Assembly (NCBI GenBank): GCA_025353195.1
Contig: JANXRC010000146.1
Coordinates: 998-64,997, forward strand
Source: Rhodocyclaceae bacterium
GTDB taxonomy: Bacteria; Pseudomonadota; Gammaproteobacteria; Burkholderiales; Rhodocyclaceae
Length of the DNA stretch: 64,000 bases
Reading direction: 5' to 3'
Position 1 is the first letter of the stretch. Each line of letters begins with the position of its first letter. The translations under genes and the position numbers were made by a program. The notes beneath the pieces are model-generated. The model saw only the letters and a program-made list of their open reading frames with translations. It made no database searches and was not told the origin of the DNA. Below are positions 55,235 through 64,000 of this stretch, piece after piece.

Positions 55235-56029
55235 TTAGAAGATGCGGTGACGCAGCGCAGGCAGACTGGCTCTGATGTCGACCAGTCGTTGCCGGTTCAG
55301 TTCAGCGACGACCACGCCTTCACCTTTGTCCATGCGGGCCAGCACCTCGCCCCAGGGGTCGATAACCATGCTGTTGCCGTGGGTCATGCGCCCATTCGGA
55401 TGCTGGCCGCCTTGTGCCGCAGCCAGAACATAGCACTGGTTCTCCACGGCGCGGGCGCGCAGCAGCAGTTCCCAGTGGGCACGGCCGGTGGTGTCGGTGA
55501 AAGCGGAGGGCAGCACCAGCAGGTCAATGTCGCCCATGGCGCGAAAAAGTTCGGGGAAACGCAGGTCGTAACAGATGGCGATGCCTACGCGCCCGAGTGG
55601 CGAGTCAAAGACGACAACCTGATCGCCACGTTCGATGGTGGCGGCCTCGTTGTAGGCTTCGTCACCCTTGTTGAAACCGAACAGGTGGACCTTGTCATAA
55701 CGCGCCACCCGCCGGCCCTGCGGATCGAACACCATGCAGGTGTTGCGCAGTTTGGCCGGGTCGTCTGCCATCAGCGGAATCGAACCGCCCACCAGCCAAA
55801 GGCCATGCTGGCGAGCGGCATGGGCGAGAAAGTCCTGGATCGGGCCATTGCCATCCGCCTCGCGCGCCGCGAGTCGGTCCGCATCCGTGGCGCCGATCAG
55901 CGGGAAGTATTCCGGAAGGGCGACCAGTTGCGCGCCGGCCTTCGCTGCCTCGGCGATCAGGCGACCGGCGGTGGCCAGATTGGGCGCCACGTCCGGTCCC
56001 GAAATCATCTGCACTGCGGCGATCTTCAT
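55235..56029 (-). CDS. Carbon-nitrogen hydrolase (Nit1/deaminated glutathione amidase-like)
   Basis: E-K-C triad: [25 protein letters not shown] overlap with yhdP. Confidence 0.93.
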   Translation of the reverse strand: MKIAAVQMISGPDVAPNLATAGRLIAEAAKAGAQLVALPEYFPLIGATDADRLAAREADGNGPIQDFLAHAARQHGLWLVGGSIPLMADDPAKLRNTCMVFDPQGRRVARYDKVHLFGFNKGDEAYNEAATIERGDQVVVFDSPLGRVGIAICYDLRFPELFRAMGDIDLLVLPSAFTDTTGRAHWELLLRARAVENQCYVLAAAQGGQHPNGRMTHGNSMVIDPWGEVLARMDKGEGVVVAELNRQRLVDIRASLPALRHRIF

Positions 56030-59000
56030 TTCTTTTCCTCTGCGGCCTTCTGCGGCGTTTGTCCCAGCTTCTCCACCTTCGGGTCGGCCCAGCTTCCGGT
56101 CACCGCGTATTCGAAGGCGAAGGCTTGGCCGAAGGGATCCTTGAACAGCTTTTGCGCAGCCCAGACTACCGCGCCGGCGACCGGGTTGGCAATCATGGTT
56201 CCGACCGCGATCGATTCGCCGAGGGCGGGCTGTACGCGCACCTTGAGGTTCTGCGTTTCGGTGCCGAGATTGACGGTGCCGCTCATCAACACCCTGGCCG
56301 ACGGACCCTGGATTTGCAGTTCCTTGGTCTCCATCACTCCGCGGGCCACGGCAAACTGGCCGCCGATGCTGTCGAAGGCGAAGCCCTCGCTGAAGATGTC
56401 GCGAAAATCCAGCGTGATGCGGCGTGGCAGGGACTGCAGACTGAGAATGCCCAGCAGGCGGCCGACACCGGGTTCGAGCTTGTTGAACTGGCCGTTGGTC
56501 GCATCGAGCTTGAGGCTGCCGTTGAGGGTCGGATAGTCGATGGTGAACGGCGAACCCTTCCATGACAGATTGCCGGAGAGATCTGCGTTGCCGCGCCGTA
56601 CCGTGTCCGGGTAGCCGATGCGCGTCAGAAGCTTCTCGATGCTCTTGGTGCCGAGTTTGAATTCGATGCGGGTATCGGGCTGGGTCGGGCTGGGTCGCCA
56701 GCGGCCGGTGGCTTCGAGGGTGCCGTCGTCGTTCTTCGCGTCGACCTTGGTGTTCCAGTAGCCGTCACGGTTTTCCGCCGCGATGCGCACGGTGCCCAGC
56801 ACACGGTCCTTGAACGAGAGCTGGTCAACCGTGATGTCGAGCGCAGGAAAGCGGTCGATAACTTCGCTGGCCTTCGCCTGCAGAACTTCCGGTGCAGCGA
56901 CGGTGTCCGGAATTGAAAAGCGGGCAACACGTCCGGACAGTTTGCCGCTGCCCGCGCTGTTCCACTCGAAGTTTCCGGTCAGCTCGCGGCTCTTCAGGTC
57001 GAAGCGCGTATTGCTGGCACCCTCGGGCTTGGTACCATCGATGCGCACTTCATGGAAGGTCTTGTCCAGCAGAGTCAGATCGGGAGTACGCAGCTCGAAC
57101 TGAACTGAAGGCAGGCCAGGCAGCACTGCAGCTTTCTGATCGCTCCCATCTGCTTGCCGTGTCAGCAGGCTTTGCCAGAAGTCTGCATTGATGCGTGGCA
57201 GATTTACGGCCACCATCAGGTTGCGGTCCGGCATGGCGGCGCTGACATCGCCGATTGCCAGCAAGCCACGAAGGATGACGGACGGATTGGCATCGTGACG
57301 GCGCACCAGCTGAAAACGCACGGCGCGACCGATGCTAAGGTCAATCAGGTCCGGCGCCGCGCCGGACGTTATGCCTGCGGCAGAGCCGGGGGCGGTATCC
57401 CTTGCGGACGGCGTTCGCACTACGGCGGCTGCGCCGGCTCTGGGGCCGGCGGCGGTCTCTGGTGGCGGTTTGCGTTCGAAGCTGAAGGCCAGCGCATCGG
57501 TGGCCGGCTTGTTGAAAGGCTCCGGCAGGCTCGATGAAAGTCCGACCAGGTTTGACGTCAGCTTCACTTCCGCAACCTTCTTCTTGACCCGCACGCTACC
57601 GGTCCATTTCGCGCCTCCCGCCAGGTGATCGAACACGGGATGCGGGAACTGGCGCCGCAGTGCTGCGATGTTGATTTCTCCGGCGGCGTTGACCTGAACG
57701 GTGCCGTCGCCGGCAGTCCTCACGTCGGCAGTCAGCGGCGAGCCCAGCAGCGTGCCGCGAATGCCTTGCGCCTCCATATGATTCGCGGAGAAGTGCAAGG
57801 CCCCACGGACCTCGGTCAGCGTCGGCAGGTCGTTGTCTACCGTCAGACGGTTGCCGTCGAAGCGATAGCTGCCATCAACTTTGGAATCGGTCATTCGGCG
57901 CAGTGGCAGGCTGAGCTTGAGATCGAGCTCGCCGTTGCCTTCGGCCTTCATCTCCTCGGTGAAGTGATCGATGCGCTCGCCGACCGGGCTGGCCTCGATG
58001 AAGCGCAGGAAATCCGCAGTCGGTCCGGATGCTTTCCCGGTCACGATGAGCAGCTCCTCTGCCTGCTCGATATCGGCAATCTCGGCGCGCACCTCGCGCA
58101 GGCCGACGCCAAAGATCCTGCCGCTCTTGCCGGTGATCAGCATCCGTGCGCCCGCGAACAGCAATTCGCCCTCGATATCGTTGATCTCGGGCCAGCTGCT
58201 GGCGTAGCGCAGGCTGGCATCGCGGAACTTGCCCCGCACCTCAAAGGCGCCGTCCTTGCCATCGCGGAAAGGAAACTTGCGCAAGTCGCCGCGCAACTTC
58301 AGCGTGGTGTCGCTGGCCTTGCCGCCAATGATGGCGGCGCGCAGCCAGTCGCGTACGTTCTTGCCCACTGCCAGCGGCATGTAGCGCCAGACACTGTCGC
58401 CACTGCCGCGGGTGAGGCGGGCGTCGAGCTCGAGCGCGCCCGGCCCCTCGTCCAGCGCACGCCAGTTGCCTTTGGCTTCGCCGGCTGCGTCCTTGTTCTG
58501 GAAGGAGGCTTTGCGCAGATTCACCCGCAAACCATCGCCGGCGGATTTCCAATCGAGGTCGGCGGCGAAGGCTTCAAGTTCCAGCTTCGGGTCGGCGAAT
58601 ACCGTTGGCAACTCGAAGGCGGCGCGCTGGCCATCGAGCTGCAGACTGCCACTTTTCTCGGTGCCCTCGATGCGGCCATTGACGCCGGAAATGCCCGGCA
58701 CCGGTCCCAGGGCAGTCAGTCCCAAGCCTTCAAAGCGACTCTTGATGCTCCATGTTTGAGGCGTCCCGGAGTTTTCGGGGGTTTCAAGCGGGCCCTTCCA
58801 GTCCAGTTTCAGGTCGAAAACGCGGCCACGCGGTGCATGGCGAGCCAGGCGGGCGCGTACCGCGTCGTCCAGCGGCAAGTGAGCGGCGAGACGAGCGAGG
58901 GCATCGAGATCGAGGCCGTTGGCAGTGGCCGTGCCTTGCGGGAGGCGGTTGGCGGCAGCGCCTTGCCACGTAATTCTGAGGTCGGTCGGTTGTAGTGAAA

Positions 59001-59943
59001 GGCCGTCGCGGGTTGCCAGCGTGAGCTGTTTCAGCTCGGCTTCAAAGCCGCCGTCGAGACGGCGTCCTGCCAGCCGTCCTTCAAGCTTGAGCAGATCCAG
59101 TTCGGGCAGATCGGGGCGCAGTTGCAGGCGCACGTCGGCCAGCCGGACATCGGCGGTGGTCGACATCAACTGCTTGTTGGCAAATCCCAGCCATAGCCTC
59201 AGGGCGCCACTGCCTTGCGGCAGGGCCACCGGATAATCGACCCAGGTGCGCCAGACGGCGAGGTCGGCATAGTCCAGTTCGGCGTAGACGTCGCCCTTCC
59301 AGGCCTCGAGCTGGTCAAGGTCGCGTCCCTTGAAATTGCCGCGGATGTCGATCCGCGCGGCCAGTTGGGGTGGGGGTTCGGCGGTCAGGCCAAAGCGATG
59401 GCGGCTGCCGCTGTTGTCGAGCTGAAAGTTCAGGCGTTTCAGTTCCAGTGGCGGCGCGCGGCGCAAGTCATCCTGCCAGGAAATACTGGCATCACGGATG
59501 ATGACGCGATCCTGTGCCAGCAACCAGTCGGTAAAGTCGTCCTGGTCGCTGGCTTGGGGGGTGACTTCGAGGCTGGCGGCATAGAAGCGACCTTGGCTGT
59601 CGCGGCGCAGCATCAGCGTCGGGGCGTTCAGCTCCAGGCGCGCCAGACGCAGCTGGAAATGCCACAGCGAACTCCAGGCCAGTTCGGCTTCGACCTGATC
59701 GAAACCGAGTGCAGGCCGCCCCTGGATGTCGCGAATCTCGAAGCCTTCCAGATTCAGCGCAGGACGCAGTCCGGCCCAATGCGCCTCTATCTTGCGGATG
59801 CCGACCGGTCGATTGATGGCCGAACTGATCATCTGCTCGACATCGCCCCGGTAACTTTCAATCTGCGGCAGGATCGCGTAGCGCAAGGCCAGCAGCAGCA
59901 GGGCGAACGCGAAGTAGCCTAGTGTCACTGCCCAGAGCAGCAC
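56026..59943 (-). CDS. yhdP: YhdP (AsmA-like) phospholipid transport protein
   Basis: About 1300 aa; N-terminal TM; LRYAILPQI; C-terminal GRLLGILSLQSLPRRITLDFRD and YAVTGSWADP. Start codon uncertain. Confidence 0.95.
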   Translation of the reverse strand: MLLWAVTLGYFAFALLLLALRYAILPQIESYRGDVEQMISSAINRPVGIRKIEAHWAGLRPALNLEGFEIRDIQGRPALGFDQVEAELAWSSLWHFQLRLARLELNAPTLMLRRDSQGRFYAASLEVTPQASDQDDFTDWLLAQDRVIIRDASISWQDDLRRAPPLELKRLNFQLDNSGSRHRFGLTAEPPPQLAARIDIRGNFKGRDLDQLEAWKGDVYAELDYADLAVWRTWVDYPVALPQGSGALRLWLGFANKQLMSTTADVRLADVRLQLRPDLPELDLLKLEGRLAGRRLDGGFEAELKQLTLATRDGLSLQPTDLRITWQGAAANRLPQGTATANGLDLDALARLAAHLPLDDAVRARLARHAPRGRVFDLKLDWKGPLETPENSGTPQTWSIKSRFEGLGLTALGPVPGISGVNGRIEGTEKSGSLQLDGQRAAFELPTVFADPKLELEAFAADLDWKSAGDGLRVNLRKASFQNKDAAGEAKGNWRALDEGPGALELDARLTRGSGDSVWRYMPLAVGKNVRDWLRAAIIGGKASDTTLKLRGDLRKFPFRDGKDGAFEVRGKFRDASLRYASSWPEINDIEGELLFAGARMLITGKSGRIFGVGLREVRAEIADIEQAEELLIVTGKASGPTADFLRFIEASPVGERIDHFTEEMKAEGNGELDLKLSLPLRRMTDSKVDGSYRFDGNRLTVDNDLPTLTEVRGALHFSANHMEAQGIRGTLLGSPLTADVRTAGDGTVQVNAAGEINIAALRRQFPHPVFDHLAGGAKWTGSVRVKKKVAEVKLTSNLVGLSSSLPEPFNKPATDALAFSFERKPPPETAAGPRAGAAAVVRTPSARDTAPGSAAGITSGAAPDLIDLSIGRAVRFQLVRRHDANPSVILRGLLAIGDVSAAMPDRNLMVAVNLPRINADFWQSLLTRQADGSDQKAAVLPGLPSVQFELRTPDLTLLDKTFHEVRIDGTKPEGASNTRFDLKSRELTGNFEWNSAGSGKLSGRVARFSIPDTVAAPEVLQAKASEVIDRFPALDITVDQLSFKDRVLGTVRIAAENRDGYWNTKVDAKNDDGTLEATGRWRPSPTQPDTRIEFKLGTKSIEKLLTRIGYPDTVRRGNADLSGNLSWKGSPFTIDYPTLNGSLKLDATNGQFNKLEPGVGRLLGILSLQSLPRRITLDFRDIFSEGFAFDSIGGQFAVARGVMETKELQIQGPSARVLMSGTVNLGTETQNLKVRVQPALGESIAVGTMIANPVAGAVVWAAQKLFKDPFGQAFAFEYAVTGSWADPKVEKLGQTPQKAAEEKK

Positions 59944-60109
59944 GCGCAGCAGAACGCCGAGCCGGGGGTAGGCTCGGGGCAGTTGGCGCAGACGGGAAAG
60001 CAGCTGGGAAATAATGGGCTTGGCGGCTCTTGGCGCGGGGATGAAGGGGATGCGCCTTGGCCCACGTTAAAATGGGCCATTACAGCGCTGAACCCGCAAA
60101 TTCTAACCG

Positions 60110-62803
60110 ATGCCCTCCCTTGCCGATATCGTAGAAACATCCCGTTACCTCGGACGTTTGCTCGTCGCAAAACCGGCACTGGCGGCTGAAGTCGAGTCTT
60201 CTCTGGCGCAACCGGTAAGCGCCAGCGAGTTATCCACGTGGCTTGCTGCCCAACCGGTCACCGAAGGCAATCTCAAGTCGGTACTGCGGCAGCTCAAGCA
60301 GCGGGCCTACGCCCGCATCGTTGCGCGCGATCTGGCTGGTCTGGCGCCGCTGTCCGAAGTGACCGAATGCATGACCCTGATCGCCGAGCTGGCGGTGAGG
60401 AAGGCGGTGGAGGTTCTCAGTCCCGGCCTGGTGGAGCGCTACGGCACCCCCCGTGGCGCCGGCGACGGGAGCGAGGAAGATGCGGCGCCGGGGCGTGCCC
60501 AGGAACTGATGGTGATCGGCATGGGCAAACTCGGCGGGCGCGAGCTGAACGTGTCGTCCGACATCGATCTGATTTTCGTTTATCCCGAGGATGGTGACAC
60601 CGACGGGGCGCGGTCGATTTCCAACTTCGAGTTCTTCACCCGTCTTGGCCGCAGCCTGATCAACGCCATTGCCGAGGCCACTGAGGACGGCCAGGTGTTC
60701 CGCGTCGATATGCGATTGCGGCCCAACGGCGAATCGGGACCGCTGGTGTGCTCCTTCGATATGCTGGAGAACTACTTGATCACCCAGGGCCGCGAATGGG
60801 AGCGCTATGCCTGGATCAAGGCGCGCCCCCTGACGGGAGATCGTCATGAGGAATTGGAGAGCATCCGCCTGCCGTTCGTCTTTCGCAAGTATTTCGATTT
60901 CGGCGCCATCAATGCGATGCGCGACCTCCACGCGCAGATTCGCCGCGAAGTGGCGAAGAAGGACATGGCCGACAACGTCAAGCTCGGCCCCGGCGGCATA
61001 CGCGAAATCGAATTCATCGCCCAGGTGTTCCAGTTGATTCGCGGTGGGCGCGATACTCCTTTGCAGATCAAGCCGACGCAGGCAGTACTGAAGCTGCTGG
61101 CCGAGCGCGGCATCCTGAGTCCGGATGCCGCCGCGGAGCTTGCGTCTGCGTACATTTTCCTGCGTCGGCTTGAACATCGCCTGCAATATCTCGACGATGC
61201 CCAGACGCACAGCCTGCCGCTTGCCGCCGAGGATCGCCAACTCGTGGCGAAGGCAATGGGTTTCGGCAGTTTCGGGGCCTTGCTCGAGGAGCTGGACGAC
61301 CACCGGGCTACGGTATCGCGCCACTTCGAGCAGGTGTTTGCGGACCCGAATCATGGCCAGCATGCCCTCGCCGGACTTTGGCATGATGCCGGCGGCGAGG
61401 CACAGGAAGAAAGTTTCGAACGTCTGGGTTACCGCAATCCGCCGGCAGCCGCGCAACGCATGGCCGCGCTGCGCTCGGGGCCGCTCTACCAGCAGATGTC
61501 ACAGGACATTCGCAGCCGTTTCGATGTTCTCGTGCCGCGGCTGATCGAGGCGGCCGCCGCCCTGCCGAATCCGGATGAAACGCTCTCGCGCGGCGTCGAT
61601 CTGCTCGAGTCCATTTCACGACGGGCCGCCTACCTGGCGTTGCTGCAGCAATATCCGCAGACCCTGCAAAAGGTCGCGCAACTGGTCAGCAGTTCGAGCT
61701 GGGCTGCCGGCTACCTGCAGCGCCATCCGATCCTGCTCGATGAACTGCTCGATACGCGCCTGCTCGATGCCGTGCCCGACTGGCCGGCCTTTCGAGTTCA
61801 ATTGTCGGCGCGACTGGAGGAACTCGAGCCCGATACGGAGCAGCAGATGGACACCCTGCGCGAAGTGCATCACGCCCAGGTTTTCCGTTTGCTGACGCAG
61901 GACATCGCCGGCCTGTTGACCGTGGAGAAACTGGCCGATCACCTGTCGGAACTCGCCGATATTCTGCTCGATGCGGCGATTCAAGGGGCATGGAAGAAGA
62001 TGCCGAAACGTCACATCGAAACGCCCAGGTTCGCAGTCATCAGCTACGGCAAGTTGGGTGGCAAGGAACTGGCCTACGCCTCGGACCTCGACCTGGTGTT
62101 TCTGTTCGATGATCCGACTCCCGAGGCCGGTGAAAATTACGCGCGGCTGGGGACGCGGCTCAATACCTGGCTTTCGCTGCAAACTTCGTCCGGGCAGTTG
62201 TTCGAGACCGACCTGCGGCTGCGGCCAAATGGCGACTCCGGTCTGGTGGTGAGCTCGATCGACGCCTTCCGCAAGTATCAGCTCGAATCCGCCTGGGTGT
62301 GGGAGCACCAGGCCTTGACTCGCGCCCGCTTCTCGGCGGGCGACCGCGCGGTGGGCGCTGAATTCGAACGCATCCGTTGCGAGGTGCTGCGGCAGCAGCG
62401 CGATCTCGCCAAGCTGCGCGAGGAAGTGCTGGCCATGCGGCAGAAGATGGTCGATGCGCATGGCACCAAAGGCGACCAGCGCGAACGCGTATTCGATCTC
62501 AAGCATGATCCGGGCGGTCTGGTCGATGTCGAGTTCATCGTCCAGTACCTGGTGCTCGGATATTCACATCGGCATGCCGAACTCACCGGCAATCTGGGCA
62601 ATATCGCGCTGCTGAAGATCGCCGCCGGTCTCGGCCTGATTCCGGTCGAACTGGCCGACGAAGTGCGCAATGCCTATCGCGACTACCGCCGCATGCAGCA
62701 CGCGCTGCGACTCAATGGCGCCCGGCCACGCGTTGCTCCCGAGCTGGTGCAGCAGCGCGTCGACGCGGTACGCGAGTTGTGGCGTGTGGTGTTTGAACCT
62801 TGA
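60110..62803 (+). CDS. glnE: Glutamine synthetase adenylyltransferase/adenylyl-removing enzyme
   Basis: Two nucleotidyltransferase halves: MGKLGGRELNVSSDIDL and YGKLGGKELAYASDLDL; VDMRLRP and TDLRLRP. Confidence 0.98.
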   Translation: MPSLADIVETSRYLGRLLVAKPALAAEVESSLAQPVSASELSTWLAAQPVTEGNLKSVLRQLKQRAYARIVARDLAGLAPLSEVTECMTLIAELAVRKAVEVLSPGLVERYGTPRGAGDGSEEDAAPGRAQELMVIGMGKLGGRELNVSSDIDLIFVYPEDGDTDGARSISNFEFFTRLGRSLINAIAEATEDGQVFRVDMRLRPNGESGPLVCSFDMLENYLITQGREWERYAWIKARPLTGDRHEELESIRLPFVFRKYFDFGAINAMRDLHAQIRREVAKKDMADNVKLGPGGIREIEFIAQVFQLIRGGRDTPLQIKPTQAVLKLLAERGILSPDAAAELASAYIFLRRLEHRLQYLDDAQTHSLPLAAEDRQLVAKAMGFGSFGALLEELDDHRATVSRHFEQVFADPNHGQHALAGLWHDAGGEAQEESFERLGYRNPPAAAQRMAALRSGPLYQQMSQDIRSRFDVLVPRLIEAAAALPNPDETLSRGVDLLESISRRAAYLALLQQYPQTLQKVAQLVSSSSWAAGYLQRHPILLDELLDTRLLDAVPDWPAFRVQLSARLEELEPDTEQQMDTLREVHHAQVFRLLTQDIAGLLTVEKLADHLSELADILLDAAIQGAWKKMPKRHIETPRFAVISYGKLGGKELAYASDLDLVFLFDDPTPEAGENYARLGTRLNTWLSLQTSSGQLFETDLRLRPNGDSGLVVSSIDAFRKYQLESAWVWEHQALTRARFSAGDRAVGAEFERIRCEVLRQQRDLAKLREEVLAMRQKMVDAHGTKGDQRERVFDLKHDPGGLVDVEFIVQYLVLGYSHRHAELTGNLGNIALLKIAAGLGLIPVELADEVRNAYRDYRRMQHALRLNGARPRVAPELVQQRVDAVRELWRVVFEP

Positions 62804-62823
62804 TCATATTCCAGGAGTGATTC

Positions 62824-64000
62824 ATGCCCGTCAATTACGCCACCCCCGCCCCAGAAGCCCTGTTCCCCGTTGCGGGCGTCCGTCTTGGCACGGCGGAGGC
62901 GGGCATACGCAAGAAAGACCGGCGCGACCTGACGCTGATCGAATTCGCGCCCGGCAGCCGTGCCGCCGGCGTGTTCACGCAAAATCGCTGTTGTGCGGCG
63001 CCCGTCACCGTTTGCCGCGAACACCTTGCAAGCGACAGCAGCATCCGCGCTCTGGTGATCAACACCGGGATTGCCAACGCCGCCACCGGCGACCAGGGCC
63101 TGCGGGCGGCACGTGATACCTGCGACGCGGTGGCGCGGATGCTGGGTTGCGCGGCCGCTGAAGTGCTGCCATTTTCGACTGGCGTGATCCTCGAACATCT
63201 TCCGGTCGAGCGTCTGATCGCAGGTCTGCCGGCGGCGCAGGCCGATCTCGCGGCCGACCACTGGCATGCCGCAGCGCACGCGATCATGACCACGGATACG
63301 GTGGCCAAAGCCGCCAGCCGCCGTATCACCAGCGCCGACTTCCAGTTTTCAATTACCGGCATCAGCAAGGGTGCCGGCATGATCCGGCCCAACATGGCGA
63401 CCATGCTCGGCTTCGTCGCCACCGATGCCGGCATCACTCCATCGCTCTTGCAGAAGCTGGCGAAGGACGCCGCCGATGCCTCGTTCAACTGCATCACGGT
63501 GGATGGCGACACCTCGACCAACGATTCGTTCGTGGTCATCGCGACCGGCGCGTCGGGCTGCATGATCGACAGCGAATCATCGAAGCACTGGCCGCCGGTG
63601 CGCGCTGCGGTGATCGCCGTGGCGCGGGAACTGGCGCAGGCCATTGTCCGCGACGGCGAGGGCGCCACCAAGTTCATCACCATCGCTGTCGAAGGCGGCA
63701 AGAGTGTCGAGGAATGCCGTTTGGTGGCTTATGCCATTGGCCACTCGCCGCTGGTAAAGACGGCTTTTTTCGCGTCCGATCCGAATCTGGGCCGTATTCT
63801 GGCGGCCATCGGCTATGCAGGGATTGGCGACCTGGATGCGGCCGGCGTGCGCGTCTGGCTGGGCAGTGGCGGCGAAGAGGTGCTGGTTTCGGAAAACGGC
63901 GGTCGGGCCGAGAGCTACCGCGAAGACGACGGCGTCCGCATCATGCAGGCCGCGGAAATCGCGGTGCGCGTCGATCTCGGTCGCGGCGTCGCCGAGGCCA
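62824..64000 (+). CDS. argJ: Ornithine acetyltransferase ArgJ, 3' truncated by window edge
   Basis: Translated by hand from ATG 62824 (AGGAG SD): [53 protein letters not shown]. Confidence 0.97.
   Translation, partial: MPVNYATPAPEALFPVAGVRLGTAEAGIRKKDRRDLTLIEFAPGSRAAGVFTQNRCCAAPVTVCREHLASDSSIRALVINTGIANAATGDQGLRAARDTCDAVARMLGCAAAEVLPFSTGVILEHLPVERLIAGLPAAQADLAADHWHAAAHAIMTTDTVAKAASRRITSADFQFSITGISKGAGMIRPNMATMLGFVATDAGITPSLLQKLAKDAADASFNCITVDGDTSTNDSFVVIATGASGCMIDSESSKHWPPVRAAVIAVARELAQAIVRDGEGATKFITIAVEGGKSVEECRLVAYAIGHSPLVKTAFFASDPNLGRILAAIGYAGIGDLDAAGVRVWLGSGGEEVLVSENGGRAESYREDDGVRIMQAAEIAVRVDLGRGVAEA

Noticed and set aside
57350-57480. Ala/Pro/Gly-rich linker in YhdP as another inserted element
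   Set aside because: No clear stem or shared flanks with the murD/mtnA elements; ordinary low-complexity linker.

Overview
GC-rich betaproteobacterial chromosome segment (gene order suggests Rhodocyclales/Sterolibacteriaceae-like; inference only). I saw no tRNA, rRNA, CRISPR array, integrase or transposase. Left accessory region (1-14.5 kb): a 5'-truncated SoxW-like thioredoxin; a minus-strand SHP-DHC-cytochrome b / two-component / P2A-ATPase operon with a PmrA-type direct repeat in its promoter; DUF3124 plus two cation/proton antiporters; htpX-psd; and a Fur-boxed cupredoxin-FTR1-outer-membrane-barrel iron locus. Core region (14.8-38 kb): the complete dcw cluster (mraZ to lpxC), dciA, an M23 peptidase and secA. 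Right region: mtnA plus an Ald2/FucA-like aldolase, two c-di-GMP enzymes, DUF3617, an orphan DctP, glnS, crcB-hrpA-EI24-cinA-like, yhdP-nitrilase-tldD, glnE and a 3'-truncated argJ. Best leads: (i) related purine/pyrimidine-skewed hairpins sitting in frame in murD and mtnA, plus a palindrome-linked insert in murC; (ii) an in-frame uORF before secA that repeats SecA's first five residues (MITGF); (iii) a kinase with a short twin-ExxE loop heading a periplasmic cytochrome chain; (iv) a minimal Fur-controlled iron importer with an uncharacterised beta-barrel. All calls come from motif recognition by eye; no database searches were run.
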